Positions 19,562 through 28,697 of a DNA stretch of 52,775 nt are shown here, in pieces; the stretch's first letter is position 1; every line of letters begins with the position of its first letter. This DNA comes from an uncultured bacterium (GTDB lineage: Bacteria; Lernaellota; Lernaellaia; Lernaellales; Lernaellaceae): the NCBI GenBank assembly GCA_964534375.1, contig CAZHPN010000003.1, positions 1 to 52,775 of the forward strand, in the 5' to 3' direction. The notes under the pieces were generated by a model, which was not told the origin of the DNA, searched no databases, and saw nothing but the letters and a program-made list of their open reading frames with translations. The position numbers were made by a program, and so were the translations under genes.

Positions 19562-20671
19562 GTGGCGAAACAAAATCAGCGCGACATACCCCCTCCGTCG
19601 ATCAAACCCGGAAGCGACCAGACCGGCCGCGGCGCGGGCGACCGCGAGTTGCTGACGATTCTGACCTACAACCTCTGGCACGCGTTGAACCCCGACGGGC
19701 CGGTGCGCTTCGCCGAGCAGGATACGCCGACGGAGCGCGAAGCGCGGCTGCAAACTTTTCTTCACCACGCGCGCGAGTTGAACCCTGATGTGATGTTTCT
19801 GGAGGAGGTCAATCCGGCGCCGCGCCTCGCCCGGCGCATCGCGCGCGAACTCGATTGCGACGCGCATTTCACCGTGGACAACGCGGGGATCAAGATCGGC
19901 GCGTTCGGGCCGCCGTTCAATTTGCGCTCGGGGTTGGCCATCCTCGCCAAAAAGGCCCTGCGGCTGCGGCGGCGCGGCGGCTGCAAGCTGTCGGGCGGTT
20001 TCGGCTTCGTGCGGCGCTGGCTTTCGCTGCAAGGCGACGAGTTCCGCCACGCGATCGCGGCCGAGGCGACGATCGACGGCCGCCGGATCCTGCTGCTCGG
20101 CGCGCACCTGCACCACGGGCCCGAGGCCGACGCCGACATTCGGGCGGCGATCGAGCGGCTCGTCGCCGAGAAAAAAATCACGGCCCGCCGCGCGCAGGAA
20201 ATTGTCGGCATTTTCAATCTTGCGTCCGCCCGCCGCGAGCGCGAAATCGCCCGGGCGCTGGCCTTTGCGCGCCGCCTCGCGCCGGCCGAAACGCCCATCC
20301 TTTTCGCCGGCGATTTCAACGCCTCGCCGGATGCGCCGGAGTTGCTGCGGCTCAAGCGCGAGCACGGTTTTCGCTCCGCCACCGCGGACGACGACCCGGC
20401 AAAGCTGCTGATGAGTTGGGATTATCGGCGCAACCCGAACACGCATTTTTTTGCGGATTTCAAACCGGTCCACCAGTTCGAGCCGGCGGCCATGGCGGCC
20501 TTGCAGGCGGCCATTGTGCAGCAGACCAAGCGACTCGACTACATCTTCTATCGCGGCTTCGACGGCTGGCTGGCGCCCGCCGCCGCCGGGCTGTTCGCCG
20601 ACCAACCCTGGCAGGGCCGGCTGGGCTCGGACCATTTCGGCATCTGGGCGCGGTTCGAGAAATTGGGTTAA
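19562..20671 (+). CDS. Endonuclease/exonuclease/phosphatase-family protein
   Basis: LTYNLW, DVMFLEEV, AGDFNA, RLDYIF and SDHFG motifs. Start approximate. Confidence 0.88.
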   Translation: MAKQNQRDIPPPSIKPGSDQTGRGAGDRELLTILTYNLWHALNPDGPVRFAEQDTPTEREARLQTFLHHARELNPDVMFLEEVNPAPRLARRIARELDCDAHFTVDNAGIKIGAFGPPFNLRSGLAILAKKALRLRRRGGCKLSGGFGFVRRWLSLQGDEFRHAIAAEATIDGRRILLLGAHLHHGPEADADIRAAIERLVAEKKITARRAQEIVGIFNLASARREREIARALAFARRLAPAETPILFAGDFNASPDAPELLRLKREHGFRSATADDDPAKLLMSWDYRRNPNTHFFADFKPVHQFEPAAMAALQAAIVQQTKRLDYIFYRGFDGWLAPAAAGLFADQPWQGRLGSDHFGIWARFEKLG

Positions 20672-20690
20672 CTTCGGCCTGAAGGCGACA

Positions 20691-20735
20691 GGTCTTATCG
20701 GACTTATACGACCTATAGGACCTACGGGACGTATC
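20691..20735. repeat. 9-mer tandem array (GGACYTATn)
   Basis: GGTCTTATC GGACTTATA CGACCTATA GGACCTACG GGACGTATC. Confidence 0.8.
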
Positions 20736-21501
20736 AATCGTCGATCAAATTTCTCCCCGCGAACAAGATCGACTCATTGAGCGGGCTGTATTGATACATC
20801 ATCGGCAACGGGTTGAGGCCGATGCCCTTGAGCGCCGTCGCGATCGGGTGCGCGTCGCCCAGGGTCAGCGTCGCGGCGTCGCGGGCGTTGGTCTGCGCGA
20901 ATTCCAGCGGATTGGTCGCGACGTTCGCGACCAGCGGGATGCCGTCTTTCATCGAGTACGTGCAGTAGCGCAGCGTTTTGCCCGGCAGCGTGCGCAGGAC
21001 TTTGCCGCGCAGGGTCAGGATCTCCTGCCCCTTTTCCGACAGCTTGCACTCGATCCACTCCGGCTCGCGGCGGAAGACGATGTCGGCGAGGAATTTGGGA
21101 TATCCATACAAATCAACGCCGCCGATGCGCGCGATCTCGGTGGTCACGGGGAGCTGCCAGACGTACGCGGTGAAGCGGCGGTTCAGCATCTGCCAGCCGA
21201 TCGTCGCGCCGGGAATCGCCGGGGCGCCGAAGGAAATCGGGAACGAGATGCTGAATTCGTTGTAGGGGTCGATGTCCGTTTTGCGATATTCGAAGGCGGT
21301 GAATGCCGCGAGGCATTTGCCCGGATACAATTCGGCCAGGCGCATGTCCGGATGCGGCAGCAGTTTTTTGACCGCGGCCGACGAAGCGGTGAAGATCGCC
21401 GTCAGCGAGGTGTTGTCGTAATAAAAGACGGGCAATTTGGCTTGCCGTCCCTGCCAGGTGAACTCCCACTGCATGACTCCGCGAAACAATTCTCCGGCCA
21501 T
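20734..21501 (-). CDS. Acetoacetate decarboxylase-family protein
   Basis: YNEFSI, LPVTTE and LYGYPK (Schiff-base Lys) motifs; GGAGG RBS. Confidence 0.82.
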   Translation of the reverse strand: MAGELFRGVMQWEFTWQGRQAKLPVFYYDNTSLTAIFTASSAAVKKLLPHPDMRLAELYPGKCLAAFTAFEYRKTDIDPYNEFSISFPISFGAPAIPGATIGWQMLNRRFTAYVWQLPVTTEIARIGGVDLYGYPKFLADIVFRREPEWIECKLSEKGQEILTLRGKVLRTLPGKTLRYCTYSMKDGIPLVANVATNPLEFAQTNARDAATLTLGDAHPIATALKGIGLNPLPMMYQYSPLNESILFAGRNLIDD

Positions 21502-21512
21502 GTTCGCCTCCT

Positions 21513-21585
21513 TTCAAATCCGGGGACAGTTTACTGCCACATTCCAAATTCGGGGACAGTTTGCCGTAAACTGTCCCCCGAAATT
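21513..21585. repeat. REP-like direct plus inverted repeat
   Basis: CAAATYCGGGGACAGTTT occurs twice 30 bp apart, followed by an inverted copy AAACTGTCCCCCGAAATT. Confidence 0.75.
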
Positions 21586-21596
21586 GGGATTGGCGT

Positions 21597-22697
21597 TCAC
21601 GCCCGTTTATCTTTTTCCAGCGCCGCGATCAGCAATTCGGCGCGGGCATTCGACACCGGCAGCAGCGAGAGCGCCGCGGCGTCGCGCATGATCTTCTCGA
21701 CGCCGAAATCCCGCATGTAGCCGTAGCCGCCCAGCAATTGCACCGCGTCCGTGCACACCCGCACCGCGGCATCGCTCGCCGTCATCTTGGCCGCCAGCGC
21801 CGCGGTCAGGTCGTCCGGCCGCGCCGCCGCGCGCAAGGCCGCGCCGTCGGCCGCCGCGGCGTCCGCCGTCATCCGCCCGAGCAGGCTGCGCAAATGCGAA
21901 TGATCGATGATCTGTTTGCCGCCCTGATAGCGTTCGGCGGCGTATTCGTAGGTCCGGCGGCAGGCCTGCGCCGCCGCCCCGGCCGCCGCCGCCGCGACCA
22001 CCAGCGACCAATCCCGCAAGAGAGCGCGCCCCAGATCAGTCGCAGGCCGGCCCGTCGCGAGCAGCGCCGACGGCGACGCGGCAAAGTCCGCGAAAGTCAC
22101 TTCGCGCAACGGCATCGCGCGCAGGCCGAGCGTCGGCTCCGGCGGCCCCAGTTGCGCGCCGAGGTCAACCGCGTCCAGCAGCAGCGCCAGCGGCCGGCCG
22201 TCGGCGCCTTTCGCGAAAACGACGACGAAACCGTCGGGCGCGGCATTGGCGACCAGGCCGGCCCAGCCGGTCAGCCGCCAGGCGCCGTCGGCTTCGGCGG
22301 CGGCCGGCGCATCGAAATCGTCGGCGTCGAGCGGCTCCGGAAAAACGACGCCGACCGGGAGCGACGCCGCCAACAGCCGCGCCGCCGGGCCGTCGGCGTC
22401 GCCGCCGGCGCACAGGGCGTGCAGCGTAGCGGCCTGGGCGCCAAAGACCATGGCGCAACCGGCGCAGGTCCGCGCCAGGGTCTGGATCAAGCCGGACAAA
22501 TCGGCGAGTTCGCCGCCGGCGCCGCCGGCGCTTTCCGGCAGGACGAAGCGATCGAAGCCGGCGTCGACGCCATGCCGAAAGATCTCGGCCGGGAAAGCGG
22601 GGGCGGCGTGGTCGATCGCCGCCGCGGCGGGCGCGAGATGCCGGGCGGCGAATTTCTCCGCGGTCTGCGCGATTTCGCGGCGAAGGTCAGAATTCAT
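21597..22697 (-). CDS. Acyl-CoA dehydrogenase-family protein (divergent)
   Basis: TLGLRA, RYQGGKQI and DAVQLLGGYGYMRDFGVEKIMRDA motifs. Confidence 0.85.
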   Translation of the reverse strand: MNSDLRREIAQTAEKFAARHLAPAAAAIDHAAPAFPAEIFRHGVDAGFDRFVLPESAGGAGGELADLSGLIQTLARTCAGCAMVFGAQAATLHALCAGGDADGPAARLLAASLPVGVVFPEPLDADDFDAPAAAEADGAWRLTGWAGLVANAAPDGFVVVFAKGADGRPLALLLDAVDLGAQLGPPEPTLGLRAMPLREVTFADFAASPSALLATGRPATDLGRALLRDWSLVVAAAAAGAAAQACRRTYEYAAERYQGGKQIIDHSHLRSLLGRMTADAAAADGAALRAAARPDDLTAALAAKMTASDAAVRVCTDAVQLLGGYGYMRDFGVEKIMRDAAALSLLPVSNARAELLIAALEKDKRA

Positions 22698-24138
22698 TTT
22701 CGCCTTCCCCCGGGAAATAATTGACGAACAAATTGTGGCGATTGAGCTGATTCGTCCCTTCGTAAATCTGCGTCAGCTTCGCGTCGCGGTAGATTTTCTC
22801 CAGTTCGAGCCGGTGCAGCGACGCCTCCAGCCCGGCGATCTGCAGCGCGTCGTAGGCGACGGCCATCGCCGTGTCGCTGCCCGAAATCTTCGCCAGCGAC
22901 GAAAGCTGTTGGATGCGCCGCAAGTCTTCCGCGTCGATGTTTTTCGCGAACAGCGCCTGCGTTTGGCGATACGTGAAATCGGAACGCAGCATCGCCGTCA
23001 GCGGCGCGCTTTTCCGCACGAACGACGGCGTGGCGTCGAGCAACAGGCGCGTCGTCAGCGTCTTCATCAGCTTCGGAATGCCGAAAAAGTCGAACGCCAT
23101 GCAGGCGTCGAGGTACGCCTGGCGCGCCAAATGAATCTGCCGCGCCATTTCGGCCAGTTTGATCTGCACCCATTGCTGATCGATCAGCCGCCGGCCGCCG
23201 ATCTTTTTCCGCTTGGCGAAGTCGACGACCCGCTCGAACGCGCCGCGCGCCGTGCCGACCGCAATGGCGCCGACGGGCCCGCGCGAGCCGCCGAGCACGT
23301 ATTCGACATAGCGCAGCGCCTCGCCCGCGCGGCCGACGACGTTGCGCTCGGGCACGAAACAATCTTCGAACACGAGTTCCGTCGCGGGGCACGCCTTCAT
23401 GCCCATTTTTTCTTCGACGCGGCCGACCGAGAAACCGCGGTCGCCGGCCGTCACCAGGAAGCCGCTCTGCGTTTCGAGCGGCCGGCGTTTGTCGGTGGGC
23501 GCGATGACGTTGACGAATTTCGCGATCGAACCGTTGCTGATGAAAACCTTGCGGCCGTTGAGCACGTACCCGCCCTTGGTCGGTTTCGCTTCGGTCATCA
23601 GTTTGGCGGTTTTCAAATACTTGGGGTCTTCGACGTCGGAGCCCGCCAGCGGCTCGGTGATCGCCGCCGCGAAGATGACCGGTTCGCCGCGCTTTTCGCC
23701 CGCGGCGAGTTCCGCGAGCGCGTGGTCGTAGTGATAGAAATCCATGCCGAGCAAAATGCCCGAGACGCCCAGGCCGTTGGCGCCGAAGACGTTCGCCACG
23801 CCGGAGCACGCGGCGCACAACTCTTCCATGACGATCGCAAACGCGGTCGACATCTGCCCCGCGCCGCCGACCGCCTTGGGCGCCAGCATCGACAGAAAGC
23901 CGAACGGCGCGGCCTTCTTGATCACGTCCCAATCGAAGTAACGCGCGTCCGCGGCGCACTTGCGGTCGATCTCCAGCGCCTTGGGCCGCACGTATTTATC
24001 GCCGTACTCGCGCGCGCGGGCCTGCCAGTCTTCGAGCTCCGCGGCGTACTCCGGCGCGTGCGCGGCGAGCACTTTGAGCCGCGGCGCCATCTCGAACAGG
24101 CTGCGCTTGCCGATTTCGACGTGCAAGAAATCAGTCAT
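22687..24138 (-). CDS. Acyl-CoA dehydrogenase
   Basis: AITEPLAGSD, LNGRKVFISNG, EKMGMK and RDAKLTQIYEGTNQ motifs. Confidence 0.93.
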   Translation of the reverse strand: MTDFLHVEIGKRSLFEMAPRLKVLAAHAPEYAAELEDWQARAREYGDKYVRPKALEIDRKCAADARYFDWDVIKKAAPFGFLSMLAPKAVGGAGQMSTAFAIVMEELCAACSGVANVFGANGLGVSGILLGMDFYHYDHALAELAAGEKRGEPVIFAAAITEPLAGSDVEDPKYLKTAKLMTEAKPTKGGYVLNGRKVFISNGSIAKFVNVIAPTDKRRPLETQSGFLVTAGDRGFSVGRVEEKMGMKACPATELVFEDCFVPERNVVGRAGEALRYVEYVLGGSRGPVGAIAVGTARGAFERVVDFAKRKKIGGRRLIDQQWVQIKLAEMARQIHLARQAYLDACMAFDFFGIPKLMKTLTTRLLLDATPSFVRKSAPLTAMLRSDFTYRQTQALFAKNIDAEDLRRIQQLSSLAKISGSDTAMAVAYDALQIAGLEASLHRLELEKIYRDAKLTQIYEGTNQLNRHNLFVNYFPGEGENEF

Positions 24139-24150
24139 CGGAGCCTCGGA

Positions 24151-24431
24151 CAGTGGTCAGTGGCCAGTGGCCAGTGGTCAGTCGCGCGGAGCGCGGCTGC
24201 ACTGCGCTCGTAACGTGCTTTTCGACGCGCCTGCGCGTCGAAACGGTTTCGATGCAGGGGCGCCGCTTGCCGCGCCCCACATCAAAAACGGCCTGCGGCC
24301 ACGCAAAGCGAGGAAGATCGGACTTATCGGACCTATCGGACCTATACGTCTTATAAGAGTCTCCGCAACCGCGGCACGCAGCCGAATCGGCTTTTGCGAA
24401 ATTTGCCATTCGCCATTCCCCATTCGCCATT
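24151..24431. repeat. Cluster of short tandem arrays
   Basis: (CAGTGGY)x4 at 24151-24182; GGACYTATC 9-mers at 24320-24355; (GCCATTC)x4 at 24405-24431. Confidence 0.85.
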
Positions 24432-24434
24432 GGC

Positions 24435-25376
24435 TTACGGGCCTTTTCTGCGCCGGATGAATTCGACATACGCGCCGGCCGTGTCGAACTGCGGCTTCCA
24501 GCCGAGTACGCGTTTGGCCTTCTCCGCCGACACCACGATCGATGCGCCCGTGGCGATTTTCGCCCATTCGAAGTCGCCCTCGTTGATCAGCCCGAGCGCA
24601 AGCGCCGTCCGCGCCGCGCCGAGCGCCAGGCCGCGGGGCAGGTGAATCACGCGCCGGCCCGCGAGCCGGCCCATGTCGTCCACGCTCAGCGCGCCGTCGC
24701 CGGTGATGTTGAACGCGTCGGACTTGCTGTGCCGCAGCGCCAGCACGAACGCCGCGGCCACGTCGTCGTCCCAGCAAAAATTTATCCGCGTCCCGCGGTC
24801 GAAGCTGACCAGCGTCTTCGCCGAAAACTGCTGGCCGAGCATGTTGTTGATCGTCGGCCCGAGAAAGATCACCGGCCGCAGGCGTACGATCGCGGTTCCC
24901 GGGCTGCCCGCCTGCACCTCGTCGAGGATCGCCTCGACCTTGCCCTTGGCGCGCGAGTAATACCAATCGTCATTCGGCCGCAGCGGCGAATCCTCGGTCA
25001 GCGGCTCCGGGTTGTCCGGGTGCGCGCCGTAAGCCGCGACGGAACTGGCGCAGACGATGCGCCCGACGCCCGCCGCGACGGCGCCGGCGAAGACCCGCCG
25101 GCTGCCTTCGACGTTGATCTCGTCGATCGCCGCCATCGGCATGCGCCGCGGCGGCTGCACGATGAACGCCAAATGAATGACCGCGTCGCAGCCGCGCAGC
25201 AGCGTCGCGAAATCGGCCGTGCGCACATCGACGCTGGCGAAGGTCATTTTCGGCGATTGGTGTTGGGGCGGGACGCGGTCGAGCCCGAGAATCGCGTCCA
25301 CGTCGGGCGCGGCGTCCAGCCGGGGCGCGATCAACTGACCGAGGTAGCCGGAAATTCCCGTCACCGCGACTTTCAT
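24435..25376 (-). CDS. NAD-dependent epimerase/dehydratase (extended SDR)
   Basis: VTGISGYLG, HLAF, SSVAAYG and YSRAK (YxxxK) motifs; GGAGG RBS. Confidence 0.92.
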   Translation of the reverse strand: MKVAVTGISGYLGQLIAPRLDAAPDVDAILGLDRVPPQHQSPKMTFASVDVRTADFATLLRGCDAVIHLAFIVQPPRRMPMAAIDEINVEGSRRVFAGAVAAGVGRIVCASSVAAYGAHPDNPEPLTEDSPLRPNDDWYYSRAKGKVEAILDEVQAGSPGTAIVRLRPVIFLGPTINNMLGQQFSAKTLVSFDRGTRINFCWDDDVAAAFVLALRHSKSDAFNITGDGALSVDDMGRLAGRRVIHLPRGLALGAARTALALGLINEGDFEWAKIATGASIVVSAEKAKRVLGWKPQFDTAGAYVEFIRRRKGP

Positions 25377-25699
25377 CGGCCGCCTCCGTTGTGGAACAAC
25401 CGCCATTAAACGCTTCGGCGCGTCGAATGCAACGGGCGCCGCCGGCGGCCGCTCCGCCGCGCACGGGGGCCTTTGGGTTTTCTTTGACGGGATCAACGGG
25501 ATCGGCGAGCAGTGAACAGTGAACACTGCCCGGAAATGACGCGTTTTTTGACCGGCTCGACAGGATCAAAGAAACGAGGGACAACCACCGTCCCTTTTCC
25601 GCGGCGCCTCGAACCGGAATCGACTTGCCGGATTAAGCAATCTGGCCCCGCTGGCGCGGGGCGAGAGGCGGCGGACAATCCGAGGGACCGACAATTTCG

Positions 25700-26283
25700 T
25701 CCATTGGGCATCTGGCGGGTGATTGGCGTCGCCGCCGGAGCGTATTTGACCGCGAACGTAATCGTCGCCGTGGTGGCGGCGGCGCGGGCCTTCGACACGA
25801 TCAGCCGTCACGACAAGCTGAGCTGGCGCGTTCACCAGTTTTACTCGATCGGCGCGGACGTCCTTTTTTTTGCGCTGTTGCTCGCCGCGGCACGCATTTG
25901 GAAGGAGACTCCGTGGCGCGAATGCCTGGCGTTTGTGGGGCCACAGCGGCGCGGCTCCTGAGTTTTTCTCGTTGCCAAGCGAAGTCGGCCTTGTGGCGAT
26001 GAACGTCATATGCGTGCCAATTCATGAAGAGCTGCTATTTCGGGGACTCCTTCTTCGGGCAATCGAATTGTCGCGCCTTGGGGCGGTGGGCGCGGTCGTC
26101 ATTACGGGCGTGTTATTCGCGGCGATTCATCATGTCGGAAGTCCGCTGGCGGCGGTGCACTTTCTCGGCCTCGGCATTTTGTTCGGCGCCGCGCGCTGGC
26201 GTACAAACTCGCCGGTTACGTCATGGGCGTTGCACACGGTTGCCAATGCGATTGCCGTTGGCGATGCGAAAGCGATTAGGTAA
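25700..26283 (+). pseudogene. CPBP/Abi (type II CAAX) intramembrane protease split across two frames
   Basis: EELLFRG, FAAIH and ALHTVAN motifs lie in the 25870 frame; the N-terminal TMs lie in the 25512 frame, which stops at 25961. 5' boundary approximate. Confidence 0.7.
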
Positions 26284-26481
26284 TGCGTCCTCGGAATCCG
26301 CGCGCGCGTTATCCGACCGCTTGGCAACGCCGCGCCCGTTCGGTAGGCTCACGGCATTGCCGATTCGTTGAGGTTCCCTCGTGCCGGTCAGCCGTTTGCC
26401 GCAATCGCCTCTCAATCCACGCCTCCTGGCCGGGCGGATCGCTTCGTGCCGTTTCGATTCCCGCCTGGCGCGGTCCACAAA

Positions 26482-27450
26482 ATGGAAAACCGCATGACGT
26501 CAGCGCGGTTCCGGTGGCCGGGCAAAAGATGCGGCAGGCGGCGGTCGACCGCGTTTCGTGTGTTCGTCGTTCTTTGCTGGTTGCTTCTCGCCGCCGCCGT
26601 CGCGGCGGTCATCGGCGCGTCGGTGGCTTCCAGCGACTTTTGGATGAAGCGCCTGGTGGCGAACATCGCCTGGTACGCGCCGTTCTTGCGCGGCGGGACG
26701 ATCGACGAACGGCTCGTGGCAGCGGCGCGAATCATCCGCAATGGCCACGTTTCGGCGCCGCTGCAAAAGGCGCACGCGTTTCGCGTGGTCGCGCTCGGCG
26801 GCTCGACGACGTTCGGCGAGCCTTTCGCGCCTGGCGATCCGCGCACTTGGGTCGAAATCCTGCAAAACAAGTTGCGGGACCAATTCGGCGACGCAGAAGC
26901 AATCAATCTCGGCGTGGTGGGCGAAACGTTCGCCCTCCACCTATCGGAAATTTTTCGGATCGTTGTCGCACAAATGCAGCCCGACGTCGTGGTCGTCGAC
27001 AACGTGTTCAACAATTTTTTCGCCGACCAAAAGATCGTGGTGGGTCTTTTGTGCGTCGTGCGCCTGCCGCCGCGGCGACCCGCGGAACCGGGTCGCCGCT
27101 TTCGCCACGCCATCCAGGAAATGATCGATGTCGCCCGCCAAAACAATTGCCTGGTGGTCTTTGTGGAAGAGCCGGTGAACGTCGAATATTTTCGCGGACG
27201 GAACCCGACGCAGCGCTATCAAGCGGCGCTCGTTTCGCTTTGCGAAGCCAACGGCGCACCGGTGGTGCGAGTGCAAAACGAATTCGCGGCGCACGCAGGC
27301 CCGCCGCTGTTCTTCGACTTCGCGCACCTGACGCCGGATGGGAACAAGCTCTTGGCCGAACGGATCGACGAACAAATATGGGAATTACGAGGTGGCGCGT
27401 TGCCGCAACCGACAACCGCCGTTGCGGCCTCCTCGCCGCCGGCGAAGTAG
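26482..27450 (+). CDS. SGNH/GDSL hydrolase-like protein with N-terminal TM
   Basis: VALGGSTTFG block I, INLGVVG block II and DFAHLTPDGN (DxxH). Confidence 0.75.
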   Translation: MENRMTSARFRWPGKRCGRRRSTAFRVFVVLCWLLLAAAVAAVIGASVASSDFWMKRLVANIAWYAPFLRGGTIDERLVAAARIIRNGHVSAPLQKAHAFRVVALGGSTTFGEPFAPGDPRTWVEILQNKLRDQFGDAEAINLGVVGETFALHLSEIFRIVVAQMQPDVVVVDNVFNNFFADQKIVVGLLCVVRLPPRRPAEPGRRFRHAIQEMIDVARQNNCLVVFVEEPVNVEYFRGRNPTQRYQAALVSLCEANGAPVVRVQNEFAAHAGPPLFFDFAHLTPDGNKLLAERIDEQIWELRGGALPQPTTAVAASSPPAK

Positions 27451-27624
27451 AAACCAGGGACAGAAACTAGGAAAAGGCGCCGATTCTTGTACGCGACGCC
27501 TCGAAACAAAAATGATTCACAGGACTGAGAAAAGCGTCCCCCTGCGAGTTTTTCGCGCGACGGCAAACGGAGGCCAGGCGACGCTGGCCGTTTCGGGGTC
27601 ACGTTTTACATCGAGCATTTTTGG

Positions 27625-28260
27625 TTGCGATATCAAGAATGTCCGTTAGTCGTCTATTATCGGCCGCACGGCGCGATCGCGAACGATCCGGCGGAATGGC
27701 TGCGGCGCCGCAGTGCGCTGTTTCGCCGCAGCGGCGAATATTTTGGGTTGCCGTGCGCTTTTGCGCCGGTCGCGTGTTATGTGTTCCACAGCGAAGAGCA
27801 AGGCGAACGCTTCGGCCTGACTCTCGGGTTTGCGTTGCCGGCCGGCAAAATGATTTTTGCCTCGTACGCCGAGACGCCCGGCCATGAGATCACACATGAT
27901 TCTCCATCGATTGTACGGCCGCAGGATCTTTCAGTCGCCGCTTGTCAGCTAGGGCCGGGCGACGCTTTTCAACGGGATGCCGCAATATCTGCTTCATGTC
28001 GACGCCCGTTCGGCCGTCCGCTCTGCGGGCCTCGCGCCTTCCGACTTCCTGCGGGACTAGTGTCACGACATCGGGTCGAGCTATCTGGTCGCCGCTTCGT
28101 TCAACAAGCACTTAAGCGACGCCTACGTCCTGGAGCGCATGAAAACCTTGTTAACGCAGGGCGACCGCCCGGAGGAAGAGGCTATCGCGGCGGGCTGCAG
28201 CCGGTCTTTTTCGGCCCTCGTTTCAGATTGGAAAGAAATGTTGGAAGGCTTGCCGAATGG
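27625..28260 (+). pseudogene. Degenerate HExxH metallopeptidase-like gene
   Basis: ETPGHEITH motif, then frame switches; an SYLVAASFNKHL segment lies in another frame near 28079. Boundaries approximate. Confidence 0.4.
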
Positions 28261-28697
28261 ATGATGATCGGCGGGATGTTGATCGTGCCAGATGTGGGGG
28301 CCCGTCAACTGCATAAGGTGCGTGTGATGCCGCCGGAACCGCTGCGGTGGAAGTTATGGGACTTATGGGACCTATGGGACGAGTGGAGATTGCCGACTTT
28401 CTTGGCGATTCAGAAATTCTGATGTTTCCCGCCGATTACGGGGTTTCGCCCCTTGATACGTCATCCCCGCGGCGGCGGGAACGAGATATGGCGCGCCGGA
28501 GCCGCGCAGTCGTGGGGGACAAACTTTTCTCCGTATCACCGAATAAGTCGGCAGCGTCATAAACGGGATTATACCCTGACTTGGGCGTATTCGCGCGCAT
28601 TCGTGTGAATTCGCGTGCATTAGCGGTTAAATAAGTCGCGGGATCAAATCGTCGATGTTCTGATTTCGCGGGGGCGTGGCGAACGATTGCTCATTGT

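Noticed and set aside
28488..28562. RAYT transposase-like start (MARRSRAVVG)
   Set aside because: Only about 10 residues resemble it and there is no HUH motif.
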